From NCBI GenBank assembly GCA_036172245.1, contig JAYWIR010000009.1:1302001-1366000 (forward strand): 64,000 nt of DNA, given 5' to 3'. Position numbers and translations under genes: made by a program. Each line of letters starts with the position of its first letter. Position 1 is the first letter of the stretch. Positions 51,001 through 64,000 of this stretch are shown here, piece by piece. The stretch comes from Raillietiella orientalis (lineage: Eukaryota). The notes under the pieces were generated by a model. It was not told where the DNA came from. It searched no databases and worked only from the letters and a program-made list of their open reading frames with translations.

Positions 51001-53949
51001 GCTTGCGCGGTTTATCCGCGGCGTGAAGAGGGAGCAGGGAGAGGAAGAAGGAAAGAGGGAACTTCCCTTCCCTCCCTTTGCCACTCCCTCCCCCTCCTCG
51101 GATGGTTCCAGGGATGGGCGGCAGTAGTGAGGTGTGTGAGGGAGCGCTTAGTATGGGGATCTAGGGGGCACGAATAGGGGGAGGGGGGAGAGGAAAATGC
51201 CCTCCCTGGAGACTCAGGCAGGAGCAGGCATCGTCTTTTCCCCTCCGCCGCCGTCACTCTATCCCTCGGAAGTAAGGGAGGAGGCCGAGGACCCTCGCCT
51301 TATTGAGGGAGGAGGAAGAAGCGTCGCATCCACGAGATGCGGGGAGGGCAGAGAGGAAGGGGTCTTTTCCCTTAGCGAGAGGGAGCTAAGGGAAAGGAGG
51401 GGAAGGGCTGAAGCGTCCGACTGAAGAAAACGCCGAGAGTGTCACTCCCTGTTCCCAAGGAGCTGAGACTAGAAAAGGGGAGTGGGGAGAGGAGGGGGCC
51501 ACTGGGCGACTCGAGGAAATCGGAGATAGAGACGGGAGAGCTCTCTTCTCGGATCCCGTCTCCTCCCGACTCTCACCGACAACGAGGACGAGGACAAAGG
51601 GAATAGAGGGACATTTCCCTGCTGATCCCCTCCCCCTCTCATCTGTCCCTCCTCCTCCACCGCTGCCACCTTCCTTCCTAAACGAGAAAGGACTCCTCTT
51701 CTGTCCGCTCCTTGGGAACACCTCCATTCCCTGCTTTTCCACGAGGGACCAGGCGGCCTCCGTCAGGATGAGGGCAGCCACGCTGGGGAGCTGAGCAGGC
51801 AGGACGGGACCAGAAGGACCAGGCCGTATGGAAGGGCAGGAGGCAGCTTTTTCCTTCTGCGCGCTAAGAACAGCCGATCGGACCCAACTGTTTTGGGCCT
51901 TCGCTCCTGAGCAACGAAGTCTCTGAAGGAAGAAGGGAGCGGTCACCGTCGAGGAAGCTCAGGCGCACCCGGAGCCGGAGCTCCAGGAGCGAGGGAGTTC
52001 GCGAGATCTTCCCTCGAAAGGCAGGCGGCGTCCGCTTTCCCCTCCCTTTCTTTGGGGAGGTTCGTTCCTGATCCGAAAGAGGGCGCGTCCGGTTGACAGA
52101 CGGGAACGGGACGGAGCGAAGGGAAGAGGAGCCTCCTGATATCGAGGCAGGAGGACTCGTCTTCCCTTGGGGCGAAAGGGAAGTAGGGAAGAGGAAGAGG
52201 GTTCGAAGGAGGAGGCAGAACTCTCCCCCATCCAAACGACCGCCTGCGCCTTTCCGCCGTCACGTCAAGATTTTTCCAGAGAGATTCCTGGAAGATGATG
52301 AGCCACGTGATCTGGAACTTCCTGCTGGTGACTCTCTTCCTCCTGCAGCTGGTCCAGGTGAACAAGGCGGACGGATGGGACCCCAGGTAAGGTTTTTCTC
52401 CAGCCGAAGCTCGTTTTCCTTCCTCTCTGCTCCCGGTGGGCTCGCGGGAGGAAGTCCCGACCTCTCCCAAAGGCTCTGCAGCCATCCGTCTGGCGACTCC
52501 CTCCTTTCCCTCCTCCATTAGCCCTCCTCCACTCGAACGAGATTGAGGAAACACCGCAAGGAAGAGCGGGCGCATCCTGGGCCCGAGGATCTTGAGGCCC
52601 AGGGCGGACAGATGTTTCCAGCAACTCTGCGGAGAGCGGAAGCTTCCGTGCTACGACCTCTGGCAGCGTTCAGGGACCCTTGGCCCCATGAAAAGGGACT
52701 TCGGGAGGGGGAGGGCCCACGAGGGAGGGCAAAGAAAAGGAATCTGCTCTATCGGAAGGTCAACTTTCCAGAACCTTCCGGAAGAGGATCTCCGACCAAA
52801 GGCTGGCCGAGCTGGAGGCCATGATGCACATCTCCAAGATGCGTCGTCCTGTCGTGGCCTTCGGCATTGTGGACCCACGAAAAGCGTAGGTGCCTCTCCT
52901 TTCCCTACTCCTCTCCCCGCAGGATGCGCTGTCGCTTTTCAGGGGCAAAAGAGAAGTGTTCTCGCCGCTCCAGGATTACGGGTCCTGGCTCCAGGAATAC
53001 GAGGACAAGGAGCCGAGCGATAAGTAGCCCTGCCGTCAGCCGACCTCCGAAACACCCGGAAGAAGACAGAAGGAGAGGAAAAAAAAGGAACAGTCGCTGT
53101 GCAAGAGGCACTCTGAGGCTGGAAACAATAAAAGACAATAAGACGAGAGTTCTTTTTTTGTCGGGACTGGGAGAGCACGGCGGGAGGAGGGAGGGATGTT
53201 CGGGAGTTAAAAGTCTCCCCTTCCCATGTTGTGGCAGCGCCCTCGGAGAGGATTTGCCTCACTCCCTCGCTGATGCAAGACAAGATTCCGGTCGTGGAGG
53301 CTGCTGATGAACTCAGCATTCATCTTTGTCTCTCCATCCTGGGGAGAACATCGGTAAGCATCCCTTTGCTCCCTCAGGTCCATTTCTAGCTACCGTTCGC
53401 CTCAGATGCCCACCCGTCGGCTGAGATAGAGAGGGACCGGATGAAGTTATTCAGTTTCCTCTTTCCTGCTCTCCCTTTGGCACTCCAGAAATCAATCCAG
53501 AGATTCACGCAAATAAGCGATTCCCTCGTGTTTCTGCACCCGCCCTCCTTCCTGGAAGGCTAGGGGTGCCTAGGGGGTCTCACCTTTCTCATGTAAAGGT
53601 TCCTCTCCATGTTCGGGTCGATCCGCCTTCTCCAGACCCGGTTCTCCACTTTGCGGAGGAGGGGTGCTGTATTCCCGTTTAACGGATAGACAGAAGTCGT
53701 TCCGAGGAGTGCTGGAAGGATCCATCGATCCAAGACTGAAGAACAGGAGCTCTGAGAGGAAGCCGTTCGAAAAAATTGGTAGGATGCGACTGAGGAGGAA
53801 AGGAAAAATGCGCAAGACGAAAAACAAAATGCTCGCCCCTCAGGACTGACACGGCCTCTGAAGGCTCCAGAGCGGCTGCGCCGATCCCCGAGATAATGCA
53901 GCCATCTCGTCGCGATGTTCCTCTGCGGGAGGGGCGAAGAGAGAGACAA

Positions 53950-54750
53950 CCCAGCAGACCGCCCAATCCCATGCAACCTTCAGGAAGACGCTCACGGGAG
54001 TTTATTAGAAGGAGTTCCCGCCTTTCCAACTTAGTGGATAAGCAATGAACCCTGAAGGATGCACACTGCCTTTGGGTACAGATCATGATTTTTCTGCAAA
54101 TGTGGAGGCTTTGGGAAAATGAGAATTGTGTGAGAAAAGGAAGATGGATCAGAAAGAAATTGGAGAGATGGACCGCATCTCTCAGAATCCTTTTAGCGTC
54201 TTTACTCTCTCCAGGAGTAGCCACTAAGGACTTTAGCAGCCTCGAAGTGCCTTAGGGGAAACTCTTGAGATAGGTTCGAGTGAGCTGCTCTGTGCAGTGC
54301 GATCAGCCTGTGGCTACTGATTTCAGTTAGCTCATGGGTCAGATAAAAGACATAATAGATGGCTTGAATGATGTTAGACGTCACAATGACTTTCCCTTCT
54401 TTATGTTCACTGTTGCCAGTAGCCTTCCAGTTCTCTTTGATTCCAGGAGAAGGCGGATTACAGCCAGCAATGGAAAACGTGAGTTGCTGGGTCCTGCGGC
54501 TAGCCACGAACGCTGGAAGGAAGATGGTAGTATTTCCCACGTGCGGGTCTATAGATCAACGAATATTCCTTCTGTGATGGGGGAAAAGTGAATACCTCAG
54601 CAGCTTTTCTTTCACCATCTGACAGCACCTGCTCTTTCCGCATGTGGCAGCCAAGTAAGCCACGTGCTTTTGACGTCACGAAACTCCGCTACAGGAAACT
54701 CCAACAGGTTTCTTTCTGCTCCAAACCTCCACCGAGTTTGGTCCCCTGAC
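53950..54750 (-). mobile_element. LINE APE-domain remnant
   Basis: TFSIAGCNPP..EGKVIVTSNI (cf. I..VYAP..IIVGDFN) and LSWKGGNSF (cf. WKLN). The matches are weak. Confidence 0.35.
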
Positions 54751-57700
54751 AGTCAACAGAATCAGCCCTTTTGTCTCCGTTGTTTGCCAATCCGGACGTG
54801 GCTCCTAAACAGTTTGCAAGAACAACGGTGCTCTAGCGGAACAACGTCACGCCATTACAAGTGCGCTCTTTCGTACAAAGCGACATCGTGAATCAGCTTA
54901 CCGAGGTCGAAAAAAAAAAAAAAGAAGCACATATTTCGCCTAAGGAGCTATAATAATCTAAGAAGGCTCTATTTCATCTTGTTTGCGTACTGTGTAAATT
55001 GTGGATCTGTGGATCTCTCAAACGGTGCTTCCGCTGATATCAAAACATCACACGCAAAAATCTCGCCCCTAGTGGCCTGTCCAGCAGATCGCAATCCCTT
55101 TGCACACAAGTGGGAAGCTCTTTCTTCTCCTTGGCCGCTGGATGTTTCCAATTCTTCCAGTAAGTGCACGCACTATCGGATATTTTTCTACTCATCGTCG
55201 TCACGTCGATCGTGCTCTAATCGTACCGTTGAGATCCAAAGAGAAACACATCGGTTCCCACAGAAATTCCACTGAGCCTTTTCCCCTCTACTGAGTCCCA
55301 AGCAAACAAACAGATCCCTGTGTAGTTTATGTAAGTACTCTTAGTGGCTTTGGTATCTTAACCTATCTAGGGACGTTCCGGATCACAAAGAGCAGCGGAA
55401 AGGAATCGCAAGCAGAGAATGGCTTAAAAGACCGGATTAAGGAACAGTGAAATGTAAATTCCTGATATACAAGATCGACCGTGAATGAACAAACAGCACA
55501 GTACACATCATTTCACAGGAGAACAGGTTGTCTGGCTGAATATGTACCCAAAACCTGAGCTAGACTGCACAGCCAGTCTCAGATACCTTTGTTTCCATAG
55601 TTTCCCAGCGTTCTAAGGTATCTTTATGGGTTGTTGTTCAGTTCTTACAGTATTCTTTACCAGCAACCTATTTAGAATGCTCGTCTGCTATTCAAAGAGT
55701 GCCACAAGATTCTTTAGATGTAGTCACTTGAACAAGGACACATGGGGAATACGAAAAAATCACCCCATTTCATCATGACAAACATCTTCTTAAACATGGG
55801 TTTCTTGGTAGATGTTTAATGCTGCAGCTCCCTCTTGTTTCGTTCATGGCTGGCTATGTTTGTTGACCATCAGTAAACGCTAACGTGTTTTCTTTTTTCT
55901 TTATTTTTATAATCAACATAGAGTTGAAAGAATATTTCATAAAAGCAGAAATAGAATCCTTCAGTTGAAATCCTCTAACCCCTCATTTTCGAATCTGGTC
56001 TGCCAGGCTTTGTGGAAATGAAACACCACCTATAATGAAAATTCATTTCACTGAAATCCGAGGCTGAGAGAACCCATTAAGTATTGATAAAAGTGCATAT
56101 GCTCACGGTAAGTGAAATTTACAGGAAGAATTCTATTAAGCACTCTATTTCCACAACATTAAAGTTCTATCGTCATAATGATTACATCTATTTCACAGCA
56201 TAGGGAGGAAATTGCTCGCTGCTTGCTATTCTATTTAGAAAGAGTCTTCTAAATAAAATAGTGAACATATTTTTAAAATTCATTTTGTTCGGATAAGCGG
56301 TTATTTTGACTACATTATCCTGTTTATCTTCTTCCATTTATTTATTAGGCCTGTGCCTATTAGAATTTTGTTTATTATAACTTTCATTTTGTTTCATCAG
56401 ATAAGATGCATAAATTTTGCTCAACCAAATTATGATTCATCAATTCAGATTTATGTATTCTCCAAGTGACAATTTGTAGGTCTCATTGAATATGGGGAAA
56501 TTGAAATCAGTTTCAAAGCATATGTTTCAGCATGCCTACAGTAGTAATTTCCGTAAGTGCAGAAATTTCCAAGAGGCATCCTTGTAGTGGTGAACACCGA
56601 TGACACTCACCACTTCAAGGAAATTTGAGAAATCATTTTTCTTTCCTTTCTGTTGTGTACCTTGAAACTTCTTGGATACTTCTCGCTTCGTAGTAAGTAT
56701 TGAGTCCATGAATACAGTGCACAAAATTCTAATCAACTTCAATTAGCCATTAAGTACTCGTAATAATTGCTCGGGATTCAGAAAATCACGACTGACTCTC
56801 TCTGTACCTCTTTCAAAGAGTCTTATTCAGTCTCTCAAAAAGATAGCTGTTTTTCCGAATACGGTAACTTTGGACTCATGGAAATGTATCGAATTTCATG
56901 TGTAAGCTGCGGATGCATTAAAATCTGGAACTCGTTTTCCCATCTTTTTCAGCGTAGATTGCGAAATAAAACGCCTCTTATTTTCCACAAGAGCAACTTT
57001 CACTTCCTCAGAAGTATTCTTCCGGTGATCCTAGCATAAGCTCGCATACAGATCCTGTAAACAATTTTGAAATCTCATTTCACCCGCAGCAAGGCTCCAA
57101 TTTTTAAAATCTTCGCAATTGGGGGATGTATTCAAAATCCAGAAAAATTTCAGAAACCATACGTGAATACAACACCTATCTAAGAATGCCAAACTTCAAG
57201 TTCATTAACTTCCGCTTGTTCTCGAATATGTATTCGTTTATATGGGGAATTTTTACAAATATTACAATTTTATAATAAGGACTGATAACAAAATAGAAAG
57301 ACATGCTCAATAGCTATTTGCTCACTCAATAGCGAACTACCCTGAAAGTCTATAGCAGGCTGAAAATCTATGATTTACGAATTAGCATGTTCCAAAGGTG
57401 GTCATGCTACACGCTGATTTCCGAAAATACAACTCTATTTATTGCATAGATTGCATGGAAAGACGGAAGATATTACTCTTCTACGAGGGCATATTTTGAT
57501 TTTTGAGATTTTTTTCCCCATATTTATGCAAGGTGCTGTATTTTGCTCAGGAAGGATGTTTGATAAATAAAAGCCATGCACCATAATAAATATACTGCTG
57601 TTGCTAAATACAAATGGTCTATGTGGCAATACGAATTAGCATCAATATGCTAGCATTAGCAGCAATACGTGTATCACTAAAGTAACATGACATGTAGAAC

Positions 57701-58342
57701 ATACTGAATGCTATATGCTTAAACATATATCCATATGTACTAACAGCATCTTACAAAACATCTAAATAATAAAAAAGTTTGCAAATCAACCACCCAAATC
57801 TTAATTTGTCCCTCATGGTAAGTACGATTGAATTCTGCTTGAATTAGGTCCCATAATTTGAAGGATGTAAGTCTTTTAAAATGTACGTTCATTTTTATTG
57901 AATATTATTAAGATATTTTATCAGAAGTCTACAAATTAATTGTTAAATCGATTGTTTGTTTGTTTGTTTCGTTCTTTTAATTTAGATGGAGGATTGAAAG
58001 AGAAGACTGCTTTAAAATGCTTTGAATCACTTTTGAATGGGTTAGAAACGTCACATGACTAGAGTAGGTCAAGAATAAATTGCAGATTATAGAATGGATT
58101 CCTTACTTTAAAAAAGCTGATAATACGTTTGTGTATAGTCCCAGCTGGACACTCACTCCCGTATTGTCAGGATGAGTCGAGATGGATATGAATAAGCAAA
58201 TTAATTCTGCATTTTAATTTCACGTGAAGATGTTTCTGTTTCAGAAATTACGTGTTGTTCAGGTCTGAAACATTTCTTTGTCTAGAATTAACCACGCAAC
58301 TTTAATCACTGAAATGTAAGTGCAGCTGGTATCTCTGTCCAT

Positions 58343-58357
58343 TGCGCGATATTTGAA
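58343..58357 (+). promoter_or_regulatory. CDE/CHR-like cell-cycle element upstream of CIP2A
   Basis: TGCGCG-ATA-TTTGAA about 140 bp before the ATG, with a second TTCGCGC at ~58472. Confidence 0.4.
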
Positions 58358-58497
58358 TCGCTAATCGATCTTTCTGTGTGGAGAAATGCTGGTTTATGAA
58401 GCTTCAGATTGAGATTTCCCCCCCAAAGCAAGCTCTGCGTGATTATTTTATGAATACCAACAGTGTTTAAGTTCGCGCACGTGGTTATTTTTGCGTA

Positions 58498-61130
58498 ATG
58501 AATACCAGAAGACAGTCAGTTCAGGGTTTGGATTCAGAGGTTACAAAAAGAATTCTTCTGTTTAACAAAGTGGTACTCATGTACCAAGGAACTAAAGATG
58601 AAAAGCTTTTAGCCGATATTCAAAGACAGGTTCAGGTAAGACTTTTCTGTTATTATGAAATCACTATCCTAGTGATTCATTCAATGCCTTTTCATTTGTT
58701 ATTTTGTTTGCAAGTATTGCATTTTTGTTCATAAAAGTCAACAAATCAATTGTGCGCTGGATTTTCAGATGCATTTATTTTCAGATTTTAACTTTTACTG
58801 ATATTGAAGAAAACTTTGACAAAAGTAGTTGCATACTGCTGGAATTTTATTTATCATTAAAATATTTACTGAGTTCTTTGGATCACCACTCAACTTTGGC
58901 ATGGAAGCTAATCAGTTTATTAGGAAAGACAATAAAGAACAATAATACACTCAATCTTATTAGATTTGAAATAGACCTTGTACCAGCAGTTATTCCATAC
59001 TTACCAAGTAGCATTCATAAAGGCAAGTTAGGAGAACTTTTGGAGATCATTAGCAAATTGATTGCTAAAGAAGATCTGTGGCATGGTAGATATGCAACAG
59101 AATTAGTAGACTTTTTGCTTCAGCAAATCAGGTCTCAAGATGATTGTGATAAAGAAGCACAATTACTCATTAGATTGTGTAGTGCAAACAATGCAGTACT
59201 GATGCATCTCATGGACACTTCCAGTAAAGATTTATTTCGCACTCTTTATAAAAATTCTAAAGCTCGTGACAGTTTTGACTTCAAGCTATTAGCCGATGTC
59301 TTACTTCTTCTTGTTAATTCAGAGTCTGTCAGTAGTCATGAGAAATTAGCCATGATGGTGTTTCATTCTTTGTCTAGAGATGGAGACTTCGATCCACTTT
59401 ATTCTACTCAGAATGCATTTATTGCTTTTTATGAACAGGATTCTGTCCATCAGGAACAACTACGAGCGTTGACCTCACCATCATTCTTAAGCATGCTTGA
59501 ATGTTCTGAGAAGTGCATTAATCAACCAGTTAAATTACAAATTCTGTTACGATGGTTATACATCTTACTTAATAAGGCGGACGTACTGAAAGAATCTCAA
59601 TACATCATTAGACTTTGCATGCTGATGCAGCAGTCTCTGCTATCTCCTATTGTTGCTTCACAAAGTGTTCGTCTATATCAAAAGTTTAGAACTTTGGGTC
59701 ATCAATTGGTGGAGTCCCAAGTCACCAGTCAAGTGCTGGCACTTGTTGAAGAATTTTTATTAAAGCCTTTTGCTGATTTACAATCTGATGACAGATTGTG
59801 GCTCAAAGAGCTTTTGCTTTTTGTTGATAATATCCTTTAAATGATGCATCTACTATAGTAACTTAATGAGGATTTTCCTCTAATGTTTTACAATTTTGGT
59901 AGCACACTTCTCAATTCCTTAGCTTCTCATTGTTAATTCAGGATAAAAGCAACTCTACACAACTAGTAGCAGTCATTCGACCCTCATTACTGAATCAGTG
60001 GCTCCATGATTTGCTTGATTCGGAGAACAAAGAGTGGCAGAATCAAGAGCAATTACTTATATCTGGCTTGTTGGTGCTCAGTCATCTTCCAGATAGTGAC
60101 TCCTATTTAGAGGAGTTACTTGATCGTGATGATCTCTCTTTATTGGTAGCCCAGCAGTTTTCTAACTTATTAGACGGAAATTACATGTTGCAACTATTTG
60201 TTAAGCACAACAGGTTGGTTGAACATTTGTGTATACTGCTCTGTAAAAGATTTATCAAGAATGGAAAAGTTCGGCAGCTATTTGCAGCAAGTTGCCCATC
60301 CTCACATAATAAGTGCAGCTAGCTGTAGAAGCCGTCCATCAACGTTATTGGCATATGAAGTTGATACTGCTCTACGTCGCGTTCAGGAACATCCTCAAGA
60401 GGATGTGCACATATCTTCAGTTATCACTGTTTATGAATATCAAGTGGCATCACTCCATCAGCAAATTAAACTTCTAAATCAGGAGTTGAGCACATCATGC
60501 CAGTTGAATCGATATTATAGGGAACAGCAGCATGTTGCTCACTTCCATCATACTGAACAAATAAGCAGTTTGACTCGCCATTTGGAGTCAATTCAAAGGA
60601 GTCATAAAAGTGTGCTAAACAAAATGCAGGATAACATGACGATGATGCAGATCCAATATGATACACTGCAACAGGATTACCTGTCTACTAAGTCCACATT
60701 AGATAAGCAGCAGTCAGACCTGCAACATACTAAGGAACAGCTTCAGGATGCAGAAGCACGCAATCATGGTAGATGAATATGTTTTCTCAATGCGTTAAAT
60801 TTTTCATTAGAACTTCAACTGAGTCAGCAGAAACTCAAGGATACCTTGGAAGCTAAAACACAGCAGATTGCAGCATTGCTACAAGAAGGAGAATCACTTC
60901 AGAAAGATCAGTCGAAATTGAAAAAGGTATTCAGTCCACAAAAATGACTTCTACATTATTTATTTCAGCAATTACGCGAGCAAGAACTACTAATAAAATC
61001 TCAAGAAGCGACATTAACAGAAAAAGAGGAAGAACTGCAGAAAATGGCCACAGAAATAAGAGAATTGCATAAGATGCGCGAAATGATAGTCGAATTATCT
61101 GCGGGTAGAACTCCCTATTTCAAAAACTGA
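58498..61130 (+). CDS. CIP2A: CIP2A (KIAA1524)-like armadillo plus coiled-coil protein, ~740 aa
   Basis: Exons 58498-58635, 58785-59829, 59931(or 59937)-~60242, ~60319-60768, 60811-60926, 60969-61130; the third junction is uncertain. Similar to CIP2A as recalled: YQGTKDEK..IQRQVQIL, ELVDFLLQQIRS, LLIRLCSANNAVLMHL, LFRTL, ISSVITVYEYQVASL, a Q/E/K-rich coiled coil and terminal KMREMIVELSAG. Confidence 0.8.
59830..59930 (+). other. U12-type (minor spliceosome) intron in CIP2A
   Basis: 5' splice site ATATCCTTT at 59830-59838, 8 nt before the in-frame TAA. Branch site TTCCTTAGC at 59915-59923. Frame-restoring 3' ends are ..CAT (59930) or ..TAA (59936). Confidence 0.8.
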
Positions 61131-62129
61131 AGCAAAGTGCCTCACTATCAGTCTGCCCGCATCTCAGGATATACGTGAAATCATTGAAACGTTTATTCTG
61201 CTTGTGTACACATAACTGGAAGCAGAAAGCACATAGGAGCACAGAAAAACAAACGAAGGAGCTTATAAAGCACATCGATGCATACTCCTATTTCGAAGTC
61301 GTGTGTTTTCACGGTGTGCAACAATTTCAATCGTAATTTCTCTGCCATCAAGGAAACGAATCTTATCAGTGGGATTATAGGCCAAGATTTTTGGCACAGC
61401 ATCTCACTATCCAGAGACATGTATCGCAGATGTTGTGCAAGGTATCCCTGCAATATACTTTCGGGAAACTTGAAAAAAGAAAGGAAGGGGGGGAGGGAGA
61501 GACAGCAGTATATAATCACTTGCTAACCTCAATTTTTTGTGAAAAAAGTGATCTTGCCATGACGCATTGGTCGCGTGTTCGCTGCGTGGACCGCCCGCAG
61601 CCTTTAGCCTGGTCTTCAATAAAGATGAACCATGAGAAATAGTGCTCGGGATTTCAACTAGGAAGCAGAGTTTGGAATTCGACTGTAGAAAATTGTTCGT
61701 CTTTTGAATTTTTTTATGATCTCATATGACATTTCCGAATTACGCACTATTGAATTAGAAAATTATGATCTTACTAAAATTTGAAGCTGGAGCGTTTATT
61801 CTTCACTGATTATGAAGTGAAAATCATTTCCATCACACACATGTCAATTCTGAAGAAGCTCTATCGATTAAATTAGTTTTGATTCTTTGTTACAACCATT
61901 GACTAGTGCTGTGACAATTTTGGTCTGATGTTGCACTGAAACACTAGAAATACATTATACTTAGTTTTGGCTGCAACACTGAAAGACTTAGATGCAGGCT
62001 TAGACATTGTTTCAGTGTTGCAGGCTTATATATCTATAGCTTAGATATTGTTTCATAGCTACGTTCGTAAACTAATCTTATGAGTTCAGCGTATCCACCG
62101 AGACCCGATCATTTAGTTTGAAAACCTTA

Positions 62130-62620
62130 GGATAATGTTACTTCACATGGGATTCGTAGATGACGACCATGTGACAAGCAGCTTGGGCAAGAATTTCGCT
62201 ACCTGCCTTATTTCCATTCCTCACACCTGCATACTTCAGAATTTCCAAAATCTGCACGCAAGTTGCAAGGTATGTGGTCGATTTTTATACACCTTTATTG
62301 TGAACATCAGTTGAGAAGAAACCTTGGAAAACGGTAAATTTGTTTTCCAGTTGCATACTTCAAGGACCAGCACTCATCTCTGGCAACACCGTAAGTATGG
62401 TATTTGGCGGCAAGTATGGAGAACCATCGAAACACGTGACCGACATGGATGCCAATCACAACTGCGAGTTGTAACTACATTAGTCAGAGATGGAGAAGAA
62501 GTGTAGTATCAATTCTGTCGGAAGCTTTTGTCGAAGTGCACTACTCTTGGAAAGACTGAAAAATCATCATCTACTCAAATGGGTGTACTCATTCTTTTAA
62601 TATGTAGGTTGTAGACATAA
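62130..62620 (+). mobile_element. LTR-retrotransposon integrase remnant
   Basis: KKPWKTV..QGP..YGEPSKHVTDMDANHNCEL (cf. PW..V..D..GP and FG.P..I.TD.G.NF.S.L). Confidence 0.4.
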
Positions 62621-64000
62621 AAACCGCTATCTTTAGTGCTTCGTTTCCAGTTCTAGATCAAAGCACAAGCGGACCTGGATCTGGATCTACTATGAACGGT
62701 TCTGCCACTCCTGAAGCAAGAAGGAACATTTACAACATTTTGTTGCATTAGTTTACTCGAACGAGCCTAAAGCTAGCAGGCTTTCCAAATGTCAGTTTAG
62801 TTGCAGATGTAAACAGGAGATCCGAATCACCAGCTTTTTTTTCTTTCTTTCTTCCTGGTTCTTCCGTAATCTTATCAGGAACAATACAAGTTGGCGATTT
62901 TCAAACACTTTGATGTTCTTCCTACTATAAGATACGTTCCTGTTTGAAAACTCTTTCAAAAAATACGGAGAAGAGTAATCCTTGATGCTGTCCTATGGAT
63001 ACTGATGTAATTCTCAGGCGGTCTACGTTTATTCTGATATTTTTTCCCATTCATTTCTCTCAAAGGTTTAAAGGAATTATTGTCTTTAAAATGTCTCGGT
63101 AAAAACTGAGAGGCTAATCTGATCAGAAATTATCAAAAACTCATAAAAAAGATCAAATTAAGTAGTGAGACAAAGACTGATAAAGAAATCTTTGCAAACG
63201 GTAATGCACCTAAATTTAAACTGTATAAATCTTCGTCTCAGATCTTTAGAGGAAACACTATTTCAAAAACTGTGCAGAAACAGGTTGGAGGCTTTCGATT
63301 TCGTGTCTGCAGAAAACTGAAGTTCGTTTGATCTGAGTGAATTTTCGGATAACCGACAACGAAGAGATTTCTCTTAGAACAGTTTTAAGAGAATGGATAC
63401 ATCACTGAAAGGAAAACGCGTGAAGGACCAATGCTCTATGGAGAACAGCCAAGAAGATTAGCAAGACGTAGTTAACAGTAGCATGCCAAAAGATTGAAGG
63501 TAGCGCGTAATGTAAAGCGTTATTTTGCTTCATGGCGAACGTGGAGATTTGTTGAATGGATTGGATCGACCGCTTGTCTACGTCACGACATGACGTCACG
63601 AATAAGAATAAGCAGAGTTTCCAGAGATCACGTCGTTTTTCGGAATGCGCTGGAGACTGTCTACTTTTCTGCTCGAGCACGCTTGCATGCACTCGTGTAA
63701 GTGTGCGTTAACATTCCGTTTCAGAGGGCAACATGGCAGTGCAAGATGCTTTTGGAGGTTAGCTTCAGTCTGCCCTGAAGTGTTGAGTTTTCGTGCCAGC
63801 AGATTTTCAATGGAGTCACCGCAATCGGCGGCCTTCTGAGATGAGACTCGGAAAACACAAGGGTTGTCATAGAAATATATATATCAAGGTGTTTCCAAAA
63901 TGTGAAATTCATCTTGAGCATGTGAACGCTTACATAGTATGAAACAAAGAGTACCGAATAAGTTTTGGCTCTTGGAAGAACTGAAGCACCTCAGTATTTA

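Noticed and set aside
60243..60318. Frameshift or pseudogenisation in CIP2A
   Set aside because: A GT-AG intron (donor 60243 or 60231, acceptor 60318) restores the frame. The exact junction is unresolved, but there is no need to invoke a frameshift.
61971..62023. 14-bp inverted repeat (CTGCAACACTGAAA) as a structured RNA
   Set aside because: It is embedded in a degenerate short tandem repeat, with no further support.

Overview
This is eukaryotic, animal-like genomic DNA. The very short spliceosomal introns (40-51 nt, TTTCAG-type acceptors) point to a compact-intron invertebrate, but the taxon cannot be fixed from sequence alone. Four intact spliced genes could be assembled by hand: HINT1 (+, 23081-23674), a true Wee1-family kinase (-, 23711-25445) lying tail-to-tail with HINT1, a doublecortin-like kinase (+, ~38332-40783) and a CIP2A homologue (+, 58498-61130). 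The CIP2A gene contains a minor-spliceosome (U12-type) intron whose reading frame requires non-canonical AT-AT or AT-AA ends. The GC-rich blocks (~1-19 kb, ~29.6-34.7 kb, ~44.6-55 kb) are nested, frameshifted retroelement remnants: many L1/Tx1-like LINE fragments, RTE-like and R2-like fragments, and Ty3/gypsy RT/RNase H/integrase pieces. Most of the short ORFs in the supplied track there are shadows of these fossils. A ~1-kb tRNA-headed SINE family is present in 3 copies, one with a 10-bp TSD; it carries an internal array of UUCG-type hairpins and a 3' stem-loop. There is also a candidate spliced non-coding transcript divergent from HINT1. All family calls come from motif recognition by eye, and no searches were run.
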